The notes beneath the pieces are model-generated. The model saw nothing but the letters and a program-made list of their open reading frames with translations. It was not told the DNA's origin and made no database searches. Position numbers and translations under genes: made by a program. Of a stretch of DNA of 64,000 bases, positions 20,007-29,205 are shown piece by piece. Location of the stretch: positions 62,001 through 126,000 of IMG/VR virus record IMGVR_UViG_3300024054_000362; one strand, written 5' to 3'. Position 1 is the stretch's first letter. The number at the start of each line of letters is the position of its first letter.

Positions 20007-20561
20007 CTACGGCGTCAGCTCGGTGGCGAGCATCGTTGCTGTTCCCACAGCCGTGATCGCCGTAATGATGCCGGTATAGACCGGGAACGGGATTTCCCAC
20101 TCGCTCTGGTTCGCAAGACGCGCCGTGAAGCTTGCTGTCGTCGCTGCGGCGCCGAGCTTGACGTATGCCTGCTGGGCGCCGTTGTTCCACAGAATCGCAC
20201 CTAGGCGGTTCGCGTTCGATGCGAGGACCGTTGCGACGACGGTCGAGAGCGCGACGCTCGTGACTGTCGATGTGGCAGGTTGCGCGATTGTCGTGGTGAT
20301 AGAACCTGCGACACGAACGACGAGACCGAAGGCGCCCGCGCCCGGTGCGGCGTTCACGACCTCGGCGGTGTCGACGCCGTCCGTGACCAGAATCGGCCAC
20401 GCACTCGCGACAGCAGCTGCAGTGCCCTGATTCGCCGTAACCGTGCCGCTCACAGGCTGCGTGGTCGTGCCTGTCGGGTCGATGCGTAGCGGGTTGGCAG
20501 CGGTGCCGGTCTCGACGTCCGCGGAGTTGTACAAAACCGTGTAGGCGTTCGTTAACGACAT
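20007..20561 (-). CDS. spike/penton-like small beta-sandwich protein
   Basis: LASNANRLGAILWNN..YVKLG..IPFPVYTG..TELT; paralog of 21866-22270. Confidence 0.55.
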   Translation of the reverse strand: MSLTNAYTVLYNSADVETGTAANPLRIDPTGTTTQPVSGTVTANQGTAAAVASAWPILVTDGVDTAEVVNAAPGAGAFGLVVRVAGSITTTIAQPATSTVTSVALSTVVATVLASNANRLGAILWNNGAQQAYVKLGAAATTASFTARLANQSEWEIPFPVYTGIITAITAVGTATMLATELTP

Positions 20562-20648
20562 CCGTCTATGCTCCTCGTCGATCGCAGGAGCGATCGCCCC
20601 CCAAGTCTACCTCGATCGACCCGTCTTCGTGCGTGTTACCGTGCCGCC

Positions 20649-21569
20649 GTGAAGACGATCATCCGTATTAGCCCTCACGCCCTCGACACACCCGAGCGAA
20701 TTGTCGCGGAAAAGCTGCCCCCACTGGCGGTACGAATGCTTGCCGAAGCGTACTCGACGCGTCGTGCCGAGCTAGGAGACGACGCCCTTCTCGTGCTCGA
20801 CCAAGGTAAAGACGGCAAGCCTGTCTACTTGACAATCGGCTCGAAGCCGCCCGAGCTAACCATCGGCGGTCGGCGCGTTCACGCCGTCTTTGCCCCACCT
20901 GAAAGCCAAGAACCGCTTGCAACGTTCTTCGATCGAGAGGACGCCAAGAAGTGGGCACTCGCGAAGTGGCCCGTCGATCCAACGCATCCAGTGTCCGACG
21001 AATTCAAGATCGGCGAGATCGATGCAACAGACAAACCCGTCGTTCGCGTCGCCGTCACCGCGCTGATGATCCACGAGGGCAAAGTCCTCATGGGCAAGCT
21101 CAAGAAGAGTGGCTTCTGTGTACTCCCAGAAGGCACGCTCGAAGTCGGCGAGTCGGTCGAGAGCGCCGTACAGCGCGCCGTGAAGGTCACGACCGGGCTC
21201 GACGTTGGGCGCATCTCAGTCTCGAAGTTTGCGCCCTACGTCTCGACGTTCGTCGAGAAGGCGGGTCAGCACTTCTTGACGCTCGTGATGTCCACCGAGT
21301 ACGTCGGTGGCGATCCACAGGCGCTCGATGCGATGTGGGAGAGCTGCGGTTGGTTCGACGCCGAACAGCCGCCCGAACCACGCAGCGTGATCGTTCAACA
21401 GATCATCGCGCTTGCGAAGTACAACACCGCGTCGCCCGTGCCGCCGGCACCGCCCGTGACGTTGCCCGAAAATCCGCCGAGTCTCGTCGCAGCTGCGGCG
21501 AAGGCCCGAGAGAAGGCGAAGACGAAGAAGGTGAAGAAGCCCGCGCGACGTCAGCGTCGTTCGGCTTAA
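20649..21569 (+). CDS. Nudix-fold protein with a degenerate Nudix box
   Basis: VRVAVTALMIHEGKVLMG..LPEGTLEVGESVESAVQRAVKVTTGL. Confidence 0.7.
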   Translation: MKTIIRISPHALDTPERIVAEKLPPLAVRMLAEAYSTRRAELGDDALLVLDQGKDGKPVYLTIGSKPPELTIGGRRVHAVFAPPESQEPLATFFDREDAKKWALAKWPVDPTHPVSDEFKIGEIDATDKPVVRVAVTALMIHEGKVLMGKLKKSGFCVLPEGTLEVGESVESAVQRAVKVTTGLDVGRISVSKFAPYVSTFVEKAGQHFLTLVMSTEYVGGDPQALDAMWESCGWFDAEQPPEPRSVIVQQIIALAKYNTASPVPPAPPVTLPENPPSLVAAAAKAREKAKTKKVKKPARRQRRSA

Positions 21570-21856
21570 CCGTTCGCTTTGGCGGCGTCCGCGGCGAGCT
21601 TCGCTGCACGCTCCTCGGCGAGCTTCGCAGTTGCTTCCTCGTGTTCCTTCTGCACGATGGCAGCATCCATGTCGCAGATCTTCTGCAGCGCGAGATTTGC
21701 GGCAGGATCCTTGCCTTCACCGTCCATCGATGCCGTTACGATGACGAGCGATGCGCCACCTCCGGCATCCTGGATCGTGAGCTTGGCCTTCGAATCGGTG
21801 ACGGCCTTGTCAACCTGCGCACGGGTGAGCTTGCGGATGAGAGCTTGAACGGGCAT
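21566..21856 (-). CDS. hypothetical protein
   Basis: 96-aa ORF with coding-like bias. Confidence 0.5.
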   Translation of the reverse strand: MPVQALIRKLTRAQVDKAVTDSKAKLTIQDAGGGASLVIVTASMDGEGKDPAANLALQKICDMDAAIVQKEHEEATAKLAEERAAKLAADAAKANG

Positions 21857-21865
21857 GGCTTCATC

Positions 21866-22270
21866 CTACGTCAACTCGGTGACCGTCGCGAAGCCACCAA
21901 CGCCGGGCCCCCAAACGCCTTCGATGACGCCCGTGTACGCGGGAAACGGCAGCTCGAAGTAGCTGTGCGGCCCCAGGCGTACCGAGTAACTAACGCTGCT
22001 CACACCGCCGCCGAGCTTGATGTACATGAAGCGGTTCGCCGAGTCGTTGTTGATCGTCGCGCCGAGCCGCGCGGGATTGGCTGCCAGATAGACTGCCGGG
22101 ACAGCCGACGCTGGGATCGTCGTCGTCACGCCGATAGACGGCTGCGTGATCGTGACGATGATCGGAATCCCGCCGCCCTTGAGCAGGACAACCATCGCCC
22201 AGTCGTCGGGCGCTGCAGGCGCGTCCTGACGAATCGTCGGTGACGTGACTAGCGCCCGCGCCGGGTCCAT
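21866..22270 (-). CDS. small beta-sandwich virion protein
   Basis: LAANPARLGATINND..YIKLG..ELPFPAYTG..TELT. Confidence 0.6.
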   Translation of the reverse strand: MDPARALVTSPTIRQDAPAAPDDWAMVVLLKGGGIPIIVTITQPSIGVTTTIPASAVPAVYLAANPARLGATINNDSANRFMYIKLGGGVSSVSYSVRLGPHSYFELPFPAYTGVIEGVWGPGVGGFATVTELT

Positions 22271-22300
22271 GTCCTCAGCCTATCACGCGCACCCAAACGC

Positions 22301-23164
22301 TCAGCGCGAAGCATAGTTGTCGACGCCGCTGATCGAGACGACCACGGGGCCCGTCGGGTTCAGCGTAGGCGACATGTTGCCCTTGGCATACAAGACTTGC
22401 TTTGCATTCATCCGAATCAGTTGATGTTGACCAGCTGGAACGGTCAGCGTGTCTCCGGCGGGCACCGTTGACAAGCCGGCGGCAATCACGTTCTGTGGGA
22501 TATTCAGCTCGTTCGCCGAAAACGAAAACGATGCGAGCGCTCCCGGCGGAGCGACCACGCGAACGATGACTTCGTGAGAGACGCCGCCTGCTGTAGCGAT
22601 GCGAATCGCAGGTGTGTTTGCGTCAGCGAGCCACGGCAACCGATACGTTCGCATCGTTGATTGTCCGAAAGGACGCTCTGAGTGGCTCACGAGTGCACCG
22701 ATCCCCGATTCGAGACGGCCGATCGCCGCCAGCATGTTGCTGTCGTCGAAGATCGGCGGCTCCGGCGATATAGGCTCCGCGCGAACCACTTGCGCTTGAC
22801 CGTTACCGGTGTTGATCAAGTACACTTGCGGCGATGGCGCCGACATGAACCGTGGCTCGGACGCGCCAAGCGCCGTTTTTGTCGAATCGTCCTTACGGAG
22901 AAGTAGGTATACGATCACGCCAGTCAAGCCGATGAAGGCGATCGCACCCAGACCGATCGCGAGCGGTACCCATGGAGAAAGGCGATCCGTCGACGTCGGT
23001 GAAGAGCCCGTAAGAGTTGGCGTAGACGATGATGGTTCTGACGGTTCTGGGGCATCACGATGGACGATTACAGCCGTAGTCGGCGCTCGCACGGAAGGAC
23101 CGCGTGCGAACCGTCGTACCATCCCACGGCCAGCAAGAAACACGCCTGTAGGGTATCCGGCCAC
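22301..23164 (-). CDS. single-TM protein with C-terminal beta domain
   Basis: TM WVPLAIGLGAIAFIGLTGVIVYLLL, TALGA, RPFGQ. Confidence 0.6.
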   Translation of the reverse strand: MAGYPTGVFLAGRGMVRRFARGPSVRAPTTAVIVHRDAPEPSEPSSSTPTLTGSSPTSTDRLSPWVPLAIGLGAIAFIGLTGVIVYLLLRKDDSTKTALGASEPRFMSAPSPQVYLINTGNGQAQVVRAEPISPEPPIFDDSNMLAAIGRLESGIGALVSHSERPFGQSTMRTYRLPWLADANTPAIRIATAGGVSHEVIVRVVAPPGALASFSFSANELNIPQNVIAAGLSTVPAGDTLTVPAGQHQLIRMNAKQVLYAKGNMSPTLNPTGPVVVSISGVDNYASR

Positions 23165-23205
23165 GCGCGCCCAATCAACCCCAGTAAGTCGCTGAAGATG
23201 AACGC

Positions 23206-23688
23206 GTGATCACGATGGTCGACAAACGGGTCGGCAGGGCGCTTGTCGCCGCTGTCTACGCGACCGATCGGCACATCTCGATCATGGAAGTCGCGCTGAA
23301 GGCATCACGACAAGGTCTTTCACCCGTCGACGTTGACACACCGAACGGTGTCGATGCGTTGATCGCAATCGCCGTCGCACTGATGGCCACACCGATCCTG
23401 TACCGACCGGTGATCGATCGACCGCGAGGTCTCTGGGCTAGCGCGGTCGACTGGGCACTCAAGATCGTCTCGTCCAAATTTGAAACGCCGGCTCAAGTTG
23501 CGGCTGCACACTGGCGCGCCGAGGTCGACCGTAAGCGCGAGATCAACCGTCGTATAGAGATGCTGAGACGTGCCGCGACCGTTTGCGGTACGGGCTTCGC
23601 CCAGAAGGCCACCGTAGACGCTCAAGCTCATCCAGAAGTTGCTCCGCTTCATGAGGTTCAAGATCAGCTCGGTAACGCGTCAGGATGA
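23206..23688 (+). CDS. hypothetical protein; 3' end overlaps the LAGLIDADG gene
   Basis: RQGLSPVDVDTPNGVDALIAIA, similar to 52866-53205. Confidence 0.5.
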   Translation: MITMVDKRVGRALVAAVYATDRHISIMEVALKASRQGLSPVDVDTPNGVDALIAIAVALMATPILYRPVIDRPRGLWASAVDWALKIVSSKFETPAQVAAAHWRAEVDRKREINRRIEMLRRAATVCGTGFAQKATVDAQAHPEVAPLHEVQDQLGNASG

Positions 23689-24532
23689 GATCGACTTCTG
23701 CGGCCTTTTCGATCACGTATGGCCGAACGTCTTGTAGAAATTTGAAAACGGCCTCGCGCGCGATCAGACGATACATGATTGATGAACGTTCTCGCCCTGT
23801 ACGGGCGACGTACTGAAAGCATCCACCATAGACCTGCCAGATGCGTTTGACGCCGTCTGCAAAGGTTTGATCGAACGCAACACGTACGTGCCACGTACGA
23901 CCGATTTTCTGGACGTCGATGTTACCGTCGCCGTCGAAGTACCCCGCGAAATAGTTCAAGTCCGTTTCATTTGGTTGACGTACGTACTCGAACGTTCGCA
24001 ACTTGTTTCGCGGTCCGACAACGAACGCACCATCGCGCTTCGCTTGTTGATAGTGACAACCACACAAGCCGCGACAAACGGCCACGAAACGACAGCCTTC
24101 GTGACTGCACGAGCCGCGACGTTTCTTCGTCAACGGGACATCAGTTTTCTTGAGACGACGTCTCTTCGCGCGCGCAAGATCTCGCATCAACGCTCGGCCC
24201 ACTGTGCGCGGTAACCGCGATGCGAAACGATCCAAAACCATCTGTGCTTGATCACGCTTCTCACCGAGGAAAGGCAAAACGTCGTTGAGGAAACATGCAA
24301 CGACAGCGTAGCGACGCATTTGCCAGCACGTCTTGTTGCCACTACGACGTAATGTTCCACCGTAGATCTGTTGAATACGTTCGAGGACGATCGGCTTTAC
24401 TTGCTGGAAGGCGACAGTCGCCTGCCAGAACTGCTCGTGATTCGTCGCGACACGAATACAACCTTCGGCGTCGAAGTAGCCCGCAAGATATGCACGGAAG
24501 CTAGACGACGGGGCAGGCAAACCGCGTGTCAT
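23543..24532 (-). CDS. free-standing two-domain LAGLIDADG homing endonuclease
   Basis: AYLAGYFDAEGCI and NYFAGYFDGDGNI; LPFLGEKRDQA and VRPYVIEKAAE; central CSHEGC..GLCGCHY. Confidence 0.9.
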   Translation of the reverse strand: MTRGLPAPSSSFRAYLAGYFDAEGCIRVATNHEQFWQATVAFQQVKPIVLERIQQIYGGTLRRSGNKTCWQMRRYAVVACFLNDVLPFLGEKRDQAQMVLDRFASRLPRTVGRALMRDLARAKRRRLKKTDVPLTKKRRGSCSHEGCRFVAVCRGLCGCHYQQAKRDGAFVVGPRNKLRTFEYVRQPNETDLNYFAGYFDGDGNIDVQKIGRTWHVRVAFDQTFADGVKRIWQVYGGCFQYVARTGRERSSIMYRLIAREAVFKFLQDVRPYVIEKAAEVDLILTRYRADLEPHEAEQLLDELERLRWPSGRSPYRKRSRHVSASLYDG

Positions 24533-24670
24533 AAGGAGATCTTAGCAACGACATGTTGCGATCCGCAAGGGAACTTTGCTCGACAGACGCACGTCGGTCT
24601 TCGCTTGCGTTAAGTTCGATCACAACAGCGATCAACATCGATCGCGCCCGTGACTAGCGAGGAGGACAAC

Positions 24671-25536
24671 GTGGGCCGATTGCCACTACAATTTGCCGGA
24701 AAGGACATCACCTTTCGGATTCCGTACAACATCGCTGCTGAATTGGACGTTGGTCCAAATCTCAACGGTGTTGTCTTCCCCGAAGCGTCCAACTACTGAA
24801 CGCCGCCCAAGGTAACTTGGGACGAAAAACCACGTGAACTGCTGGAACCCCCTAAAGCTCGAACGCCACAGCGTGGCCGGCAACGGCGAGCGCGACGGCT
24901 TGAAAAGCGTCGAGATGTACAATGGGCAATCAGCAGCCAAGCGACTCGGCGACGAGTCGAAGGTTCAACGACTAGGGCATGGAGTCTCAGCGGCGCAGGT
25001 CGGTGAGATGGTAGAGCCCCACGAGTGCGTGGCAACCGGTCACACCGGTTGAAGATATAGTCTGAGCTACCGGGAAACCGGTAGGAGCCGCATAAACAGC
25101 GGCTCGCTAACACACCTGCTTCCTCCACAACGTCGACAAACCGTTCGAGATCCACCGCGTCAAGATCGAGCTGACGGCCAAGGGCACCCCAGAAGGCTTC
25201 AGCACGCCGACTGTATTGGAGCCCCAACCGACGACGATGCAGCGTCGCGTGCGGCTCAACATCCTCGACTTCTCGAAGAACGAGAAGCTGACGAAGTCGT
25301 CGACGCTCGTCGGGCTTCTTCTTGCGCGCAACACGGGTGCGTGGGATCTCGAAGAGCCCTACACGATCGTCCGCAGCGAGGGCTTCCAAGTCGGCGTCGA
25401 CACGCTCGACTTTCCCGCCGTCGTCATCCTCGACGAGAACATCGAACCCGAGCGCGTGCTCGTCGAGTTCGTTCGCGTCGAGGTAAATCTTCAGGGCTAT
25501 CTCGACATCGTCGGTCCACCCAGCGAGGTCCGCTAA
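24671..25536 (+). CDS. intron-split beta-rich virion protein (exons 24671-24789 and 25119-25536; 178 aa)
   Basis: GGAGG RBS + GTG; joined exons read ..VVFPEASFLHNVDKPFEIHRVKIEL.. in frame to the stop at 25536. Confidence 0.75.
24790..25118 (+). ncRNA. group I self-splicing intron without ORF
   Basis: P AACTGCTGGAA (24837), Q AATCAGCAG (24928), R GTTCAACGACTA (24963), S AAGATATAGTCT (25052); P3 CCACGT/GCGTGG, P7 GACTA/TAGTC, P8, P9 with GAAA loop; terminal G 25118. Confidence 0.92.
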
Positions 25537-25557
25537 CGCTCACGCGTTCGGTGAACC

Positions 25558-25860
25558 ATGCAGAATACGACCTTCGAGACCTTCAACGTTCAACCCGTCG
25601 GTTCCAACACGCCGACAACGCTGGCCAAGGCCGCGACGCATCCGTTGCGCGTCCTTGTCAACAACGTCGGTCCGGTCACGATCTTCGTCAGCCTCAACAC
25701 GACAGATCTACAGCCGACGCCGTCGATGCAGACCTATCGCGTGTTCCCGGGTCAACAGCACGCGCTCGTGCTCGCACCCAAACAAGGCCTCCACGCCGTT
25801 GGTGTCGCTGCCGGCGGTCTCATGTCGGTCACCGCTTCCGAAGCGTTGCCGGTCGGCTGA
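25558..25860 (+). CDS. small beta-sandwich virion protein
   Basis: RVLVNNVGPVTIFVS.., 100 aa. Confidence 0.55.
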   Translation: MQNTTFETFNVQPVGSNTPTTLAKAATHPLRVLVNNVGPVTIFVSLNTTDLQPTPSMQTYRVFPGQQHALVLAPKQGLHAVGVAAGGLMSVTASEALPVG

Positions 25861-25870
25861 AAGGACAGTC

Positions 25871-26218
25871 ATGAAGGATCAAGAGACCTGGGACGATCGC
25901 TACAATCTGATCAACCACCCGTACCTGCACTACGGCACCTTCACGACGACGGTGTCCATTACGGCTGGTGAAGAAAGCGCTGCGGCCGTCATCCTCGCGA
26001 ACGGCGCCATCACGATCACGCTGCCGCTCGCCGTCGACAACAAAGGCCGCGCGTTCTACATCAAAAACATCGGCGTTGGCGCAGTCACCGTGGCACCATC
26101 GGGCGGAGACCTGATCGATGGCGGGGCCGGCGGATCGCTGCCCGATCAGTACGACGTTATGTTGGTCGTGTCCGACGGCACAACCAACTGGTGGATCCTG
26201 TCGTTCAGCGATCTGTAG
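25871..26218 (+). CDS. fibre/baseplate-type small beta domain protein
   Basis: AITITLPLA..GRAFYIKNIG..VTVAPSGGDLIDG..SDGTTNWWI. Confidence 0.6.
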   Translation: MKDQETWDDRYNLINHPYLHYGTFTTTVSITAGEESAAAVILANGAITITLPLAVDNKGRAFYIKNIGVGAVTVAPSGGDLIDGGAGGSLPDQYDVMLVVSDGTTNWWILSFSDL

Positions 26219-26352
26219 CGTTCCGTCGTCGGAAACTTACCGTCGGGTTGACAGCGCGTCGGGTAACTTATTGAATTTTCAGCGTATTACAGGCCCGGAA
26301 ACCTACCGTTTGCAGGGCTTCGTACAGCATGCCAACATACTCTTGACAAGTT

Positions 26353-26787
26353 ATGAAGCAGATCAAGAAGATGATGATGATGGTTCTGATGCTCACGCTC
26401 GCCGGGTGCGGTTGCAGAGACAACCACGGCGACGATGATGACGCCGACATCGACGCGCCTGCGGTCGTCATCGACGCGCCCCCCGACGGGCCCAAGTCGT
26501 ACGCGCCGTGTGAAGGCTGCTGCGATCCGATCAACCAGACCGGCTGTGCGACGGGACAGGCTTGTTACCATCACGCAACCGGGCCCGATGCCGGACGGAC
26601 GTACTGCGATACGATGGGTACTGCGCCTTACGGCGGAAACTGTTTTGTTGATACTGACTGCTCAGCAGGCACAGGGTGCTTCAACGGCAAGTGCATCAAG
26701 TTCTGCACCGTCGCCGCCGAGTGCGCACCGATCCACAACAATTGTTTCCCAGCACAAGACCCGTTCATCTACGGCGTCTGTAGTTAG
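26353..26787 (+). CDS. Cys-rich lipoprotein, myxobacterial type
   Basis: lipobox LAG-C, DIDAP/IDAPPDG linker, CDPINQTGC.. Cys repeats. Confidence 0.75.
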   Translation: MKQIKKMMMMVLMLTLAGCGCRDNHGDDDDADIDAPAVVIDAPPDGPKSYAPCEGCCDPINQTGCATGQACYHHATGPDAGRTYCDTMGTAPYGGNCFVDTDCSAGTGCFNGKCIKFCTVAAECAPIHNNCFPAQDPFIYGVCS

Positions 26788-26790
26788 TGG

Positions 26791-27777
26791 TTAGTCGAAC
26801 GCGTCGATGCTGATCGAGACACCTGCGATGACGATCGCCGACGTCTTGACGAGCATGAAACTGACGCCGGGGTTACAAAGTTGAAAAACGGCGCTCTCCC
26901 CTGCAGGAACAGTCGTCGCTGCAAGCATCTCGACCTCTTCGTTCGTGTGCGACGCGAATACGGGACCTGAAACTTCCACGACCTGATGAAAGGTCCCGGA
27001 TACCGCGAGGTCGAAATCCGAACCGCCGATGTTGCGCACGCTGACCGAGATGTTTCGTCGGCCAGCAATCGGAACGACCATGGTTCCTTGAGGCACGTTG
27101 AGCGGGTAGGTGTACGCACGGTGGAACGGCGCACGTCGTCCCGTCGGAAGCGCCCCGAGACTGCTCATGTAAAGCAACAAGCGTAACTCAGGGTTCGTCC
27201 ACGTATCCGGCAGTGCAACCGTTCCTGAATTCATCGCGGTGCCGTATGGCAAGCTCGCGCCTGTTGTCAGCTGCAGGTACGTGTCGCTGTACCAGTGCGC
27301 GGGATCCGCGCGCACGATGAACGGCCCCGGTACGACGCCAATCAACGGCGATTCCTTGTTGAGAACGAACTCCGTCTCCAGGATGCCGCCGCGATTCACG
27401 AAGCCCGACTCGAACGGCACGTTGCCGCCGGGGGGCGGCACCTGTGGCAACGGCGGCGGAACGAACAAAGGCGACGGCGGAACGTTCGGCAAACTGGGCG
27501 GCGTCTGCGGCAACGAGTTGAAGTGCAAGATGCAACGGTCGATGTCGCTACGCGGCGAGATCGCGATGGCGTAGACGCTCGGGATCAACGGCGCCATGAA
27601 CCGTCCCTCGATGGGGATCGATCCGTTGGCGTTGGTCTTGACCGGCGGATACTGAATCGAGCCGTTGTCGGCGTCCTGTTTTTGTCCGCGGTTTCCCCAG
27701 TTCGTCAGGATCAGCTCGTAGATGTTGTCACCGAGCTTGATCGCGTCTGCGAACGTTCGCGGGTTGATCTGGGCCAT
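26791..27777 (-). CDS. hypothetical virion protein
   Basis: 328 aa, Pro-rich linker, beta-rich C-terminus. Confidence 0.55.
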   Translation of the reverse strand: MAQINPRTFADAIKLGDNIYELILTNWGNRGQKQDADNGSIQYPPVKTNANGSIPIEGRFMAPLIPSVYAIAISPRSDIDRCILHFNSLPQTPPSLPNVPPSPLFVPPPLPQVPPPGGNVPFESGFVNRGGILETEFVLNKESPLIGVVPGPFIVRADPAHWYSDTYLQLTTGASLPYGTAMNSGTVALPDTWTNPELRLLLYMSSLGALPTGRRAPFHRAYTYPLNVPQGTMVVPIAGRRNISVSVRNIGGSDFDLAVSGTFHQVVEVSGPVFASHTNEEVEMLAATTVPAGESAVFQLCNPGVSFMLVKTSAIVIAGVSISIDAFD

Positions 27778-28049
27778 AGCGCCTCGGTCCCAATGTACGA
27801 GGCCTCGAAGAGAGGGTCAAACGGTCGCTGCTGGGATCCCTCATGTTCCTGCGGCGATCGCTTGCGCGATCGCTCCTGGGATCGTGCTAGGATGGCCGCA
27901 TGCTCGGTCGTCGTGCTCCCAAGGCAGCTGGCAACAACTGTTGTGTTCGGCAGGTCCCCACTCGTCCTGCAGTCACACCGCGTCCAGTGCCACAACCGAC
28001 ACAGCGCCCGATCCAACGCCCCCTCGTGAAGCGATAAGAGGAGATCAAG

Positions 28050-28370
28050 ATGCTCGGAGACATGTTCGGCAACCTCGGTGCTCGTCGACGCAAGCGCAGC
28101 CGCAAGAGCCGCAGGGGCCGCGGTGGATGTGCTGTCAAGACGATCACGATCAAGACGCGTCGGGGCAAAGTCGTCCGGTTCCGCGGCAAGAGCGGCGCCG
28201 GCTGCGGTCCGCGTCCGAAGCCGCGTACCGGCCACCTCGCCCCGTACAAACGCGCTATGGCAAGCGCCGCACGCTCCTGCAAAGGCCTCAAGAAGCGCCA
28301 GTTCGAGAGCTGCGTCGCGAGCGCAATGCGCAGTGGTGGCGGCAAGCGCCGTCGCCGTCGCCGCAAGTAG
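28050..28370 (+). CDS. protamine-like basic core protein
   Basis: GAGGAG RBS; MLGDMFGNLGA followed by a very Arg/Lys-rich body. Confidence 0.7.
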   Translation: MLGDMFGNLGARRRKRSRKSRRGRGGCAVKTITIKTRRGKVVRFRGKSGAGCGPRPKPRTGHLAPYKRAMASAARSCKGLKKRQFESCVASAMRSGGGKRRRRRRK

Positions 28371-28378
28371 GTCACGCC

Positions 28379-28600
28379 GTGGACTTCTTGCAGATGGTCA
28401 TCGAACGATGGGGCTTTCCAGCCTTCTTCGTCGTGTGGCTCATGCGAGACGTCATGCGTGAACAGCGGGCGCAGCGAGCACAGATCACCAAGTTGGTCGT
28501 CGTCAACACGGTGATTCTGAAAACGCTGGACATCCCGGAGGCAGAAAAGGCGGCGCTTCTCGCCGAGGACGAGGGCAAGGACGGGGGCAGAAAGGACTAG
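28379..28600 (+). CDS. small holin-like membrane protein
   Basis: IERWGFPAFFVVWLM TM, charged C-terminus. Confidence 0.45.
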   Translation: MDFLQMVIERWGFPAFFVVWLMRDVMREQRAQRAQITKLVVVNTVILKTLDIPEAEKAALLAEDEGKDGGRKD

Positions 28601-28603
28601 CCC

Positions 28604-28840
28604 ATGGAGTCATTTCTCGTTTCGATCATCGTGTTCATCGTCGCCGGGATCGCGCTCGGCATTTGGAAACACGCGACGCGGAAGCGATTCAAAATCGAGG
28701 TCGCACACCTTGATGAACAGATCGCCGAGGTCGCTGAAGTCGCCCAACGACGACACAAGAAGCGCTTCGGCCGTGCCAGCACCGACCTCAACGCCTCGTT
28801 CACAATCACCGCTAACGGCGGTGCACACCGAAAGGTGTGA
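28604..28840 (+). CDS. small membrane protein
   Basis: N-terminal TM. Confidence 0.55.
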   Translation: MESFLVSIIVFIVAGIALGIWKHATRKRFKIEVAHLDEQIAEVAEVAQRRHKKRFGRASTDLNASFTITANGGAHRKV

Positions 28841-28892
28841 AAACATCGTGAGGGCCGCCCACACCCAACGTGAATCACCGAGTAGTACCCAA

Positions 28893-29189
28893 GTGAATCA
28901 CCACGAAGTCCCCATTGCAGCCTCCGTCCTTGTCGCGCTCGCGTGGCTGCCTGTGCTGCTCCGGTTCTTCCGGTCGTGGCGCATTCGGAACAACCCGATC
29001 AGCTTCGCAATCTGCATGCTGGTGCTCTTCGCACTGTACATGCCGGTCTTCGCGATCGCGTCGTTCGACTTCCAGTTGTGGCCGCTCGCGACGATCCTCA
29101 CGCTCAACACCATGGTGTGCATCACGTTCTACGTGACGTTTCGCCTGTCCGACCGGAAGTTCCACGACGCTCGAAAACACGGCGGCTGA
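28893..29189 (+). CDS. three-TM membrane protein
   Basis: three hydrophobic segments. Confidence 0.55.
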   Translation: MNHHEVPIAASVLVALAWLPVLLRFFRSWRIRNNPISFAICMLVLFALYMPVFAIASFDFQLWPLATILTLNTMVCITFYVTFRLSDRKFHDARKHGG

Positions 29190-29205
29190 CGCCAAGGAGA
29201 TACTG

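Noticed and set aside
24788-25132. Alternative canonical U-ending splice (U24788 joined after G25132)
   Set aside because: In frame, but it would put U opposite A rather than G in P1, delete the LHNV codons and extend the intron past its typical ..TAACACACCTG end. Disfavoured, not excluded.
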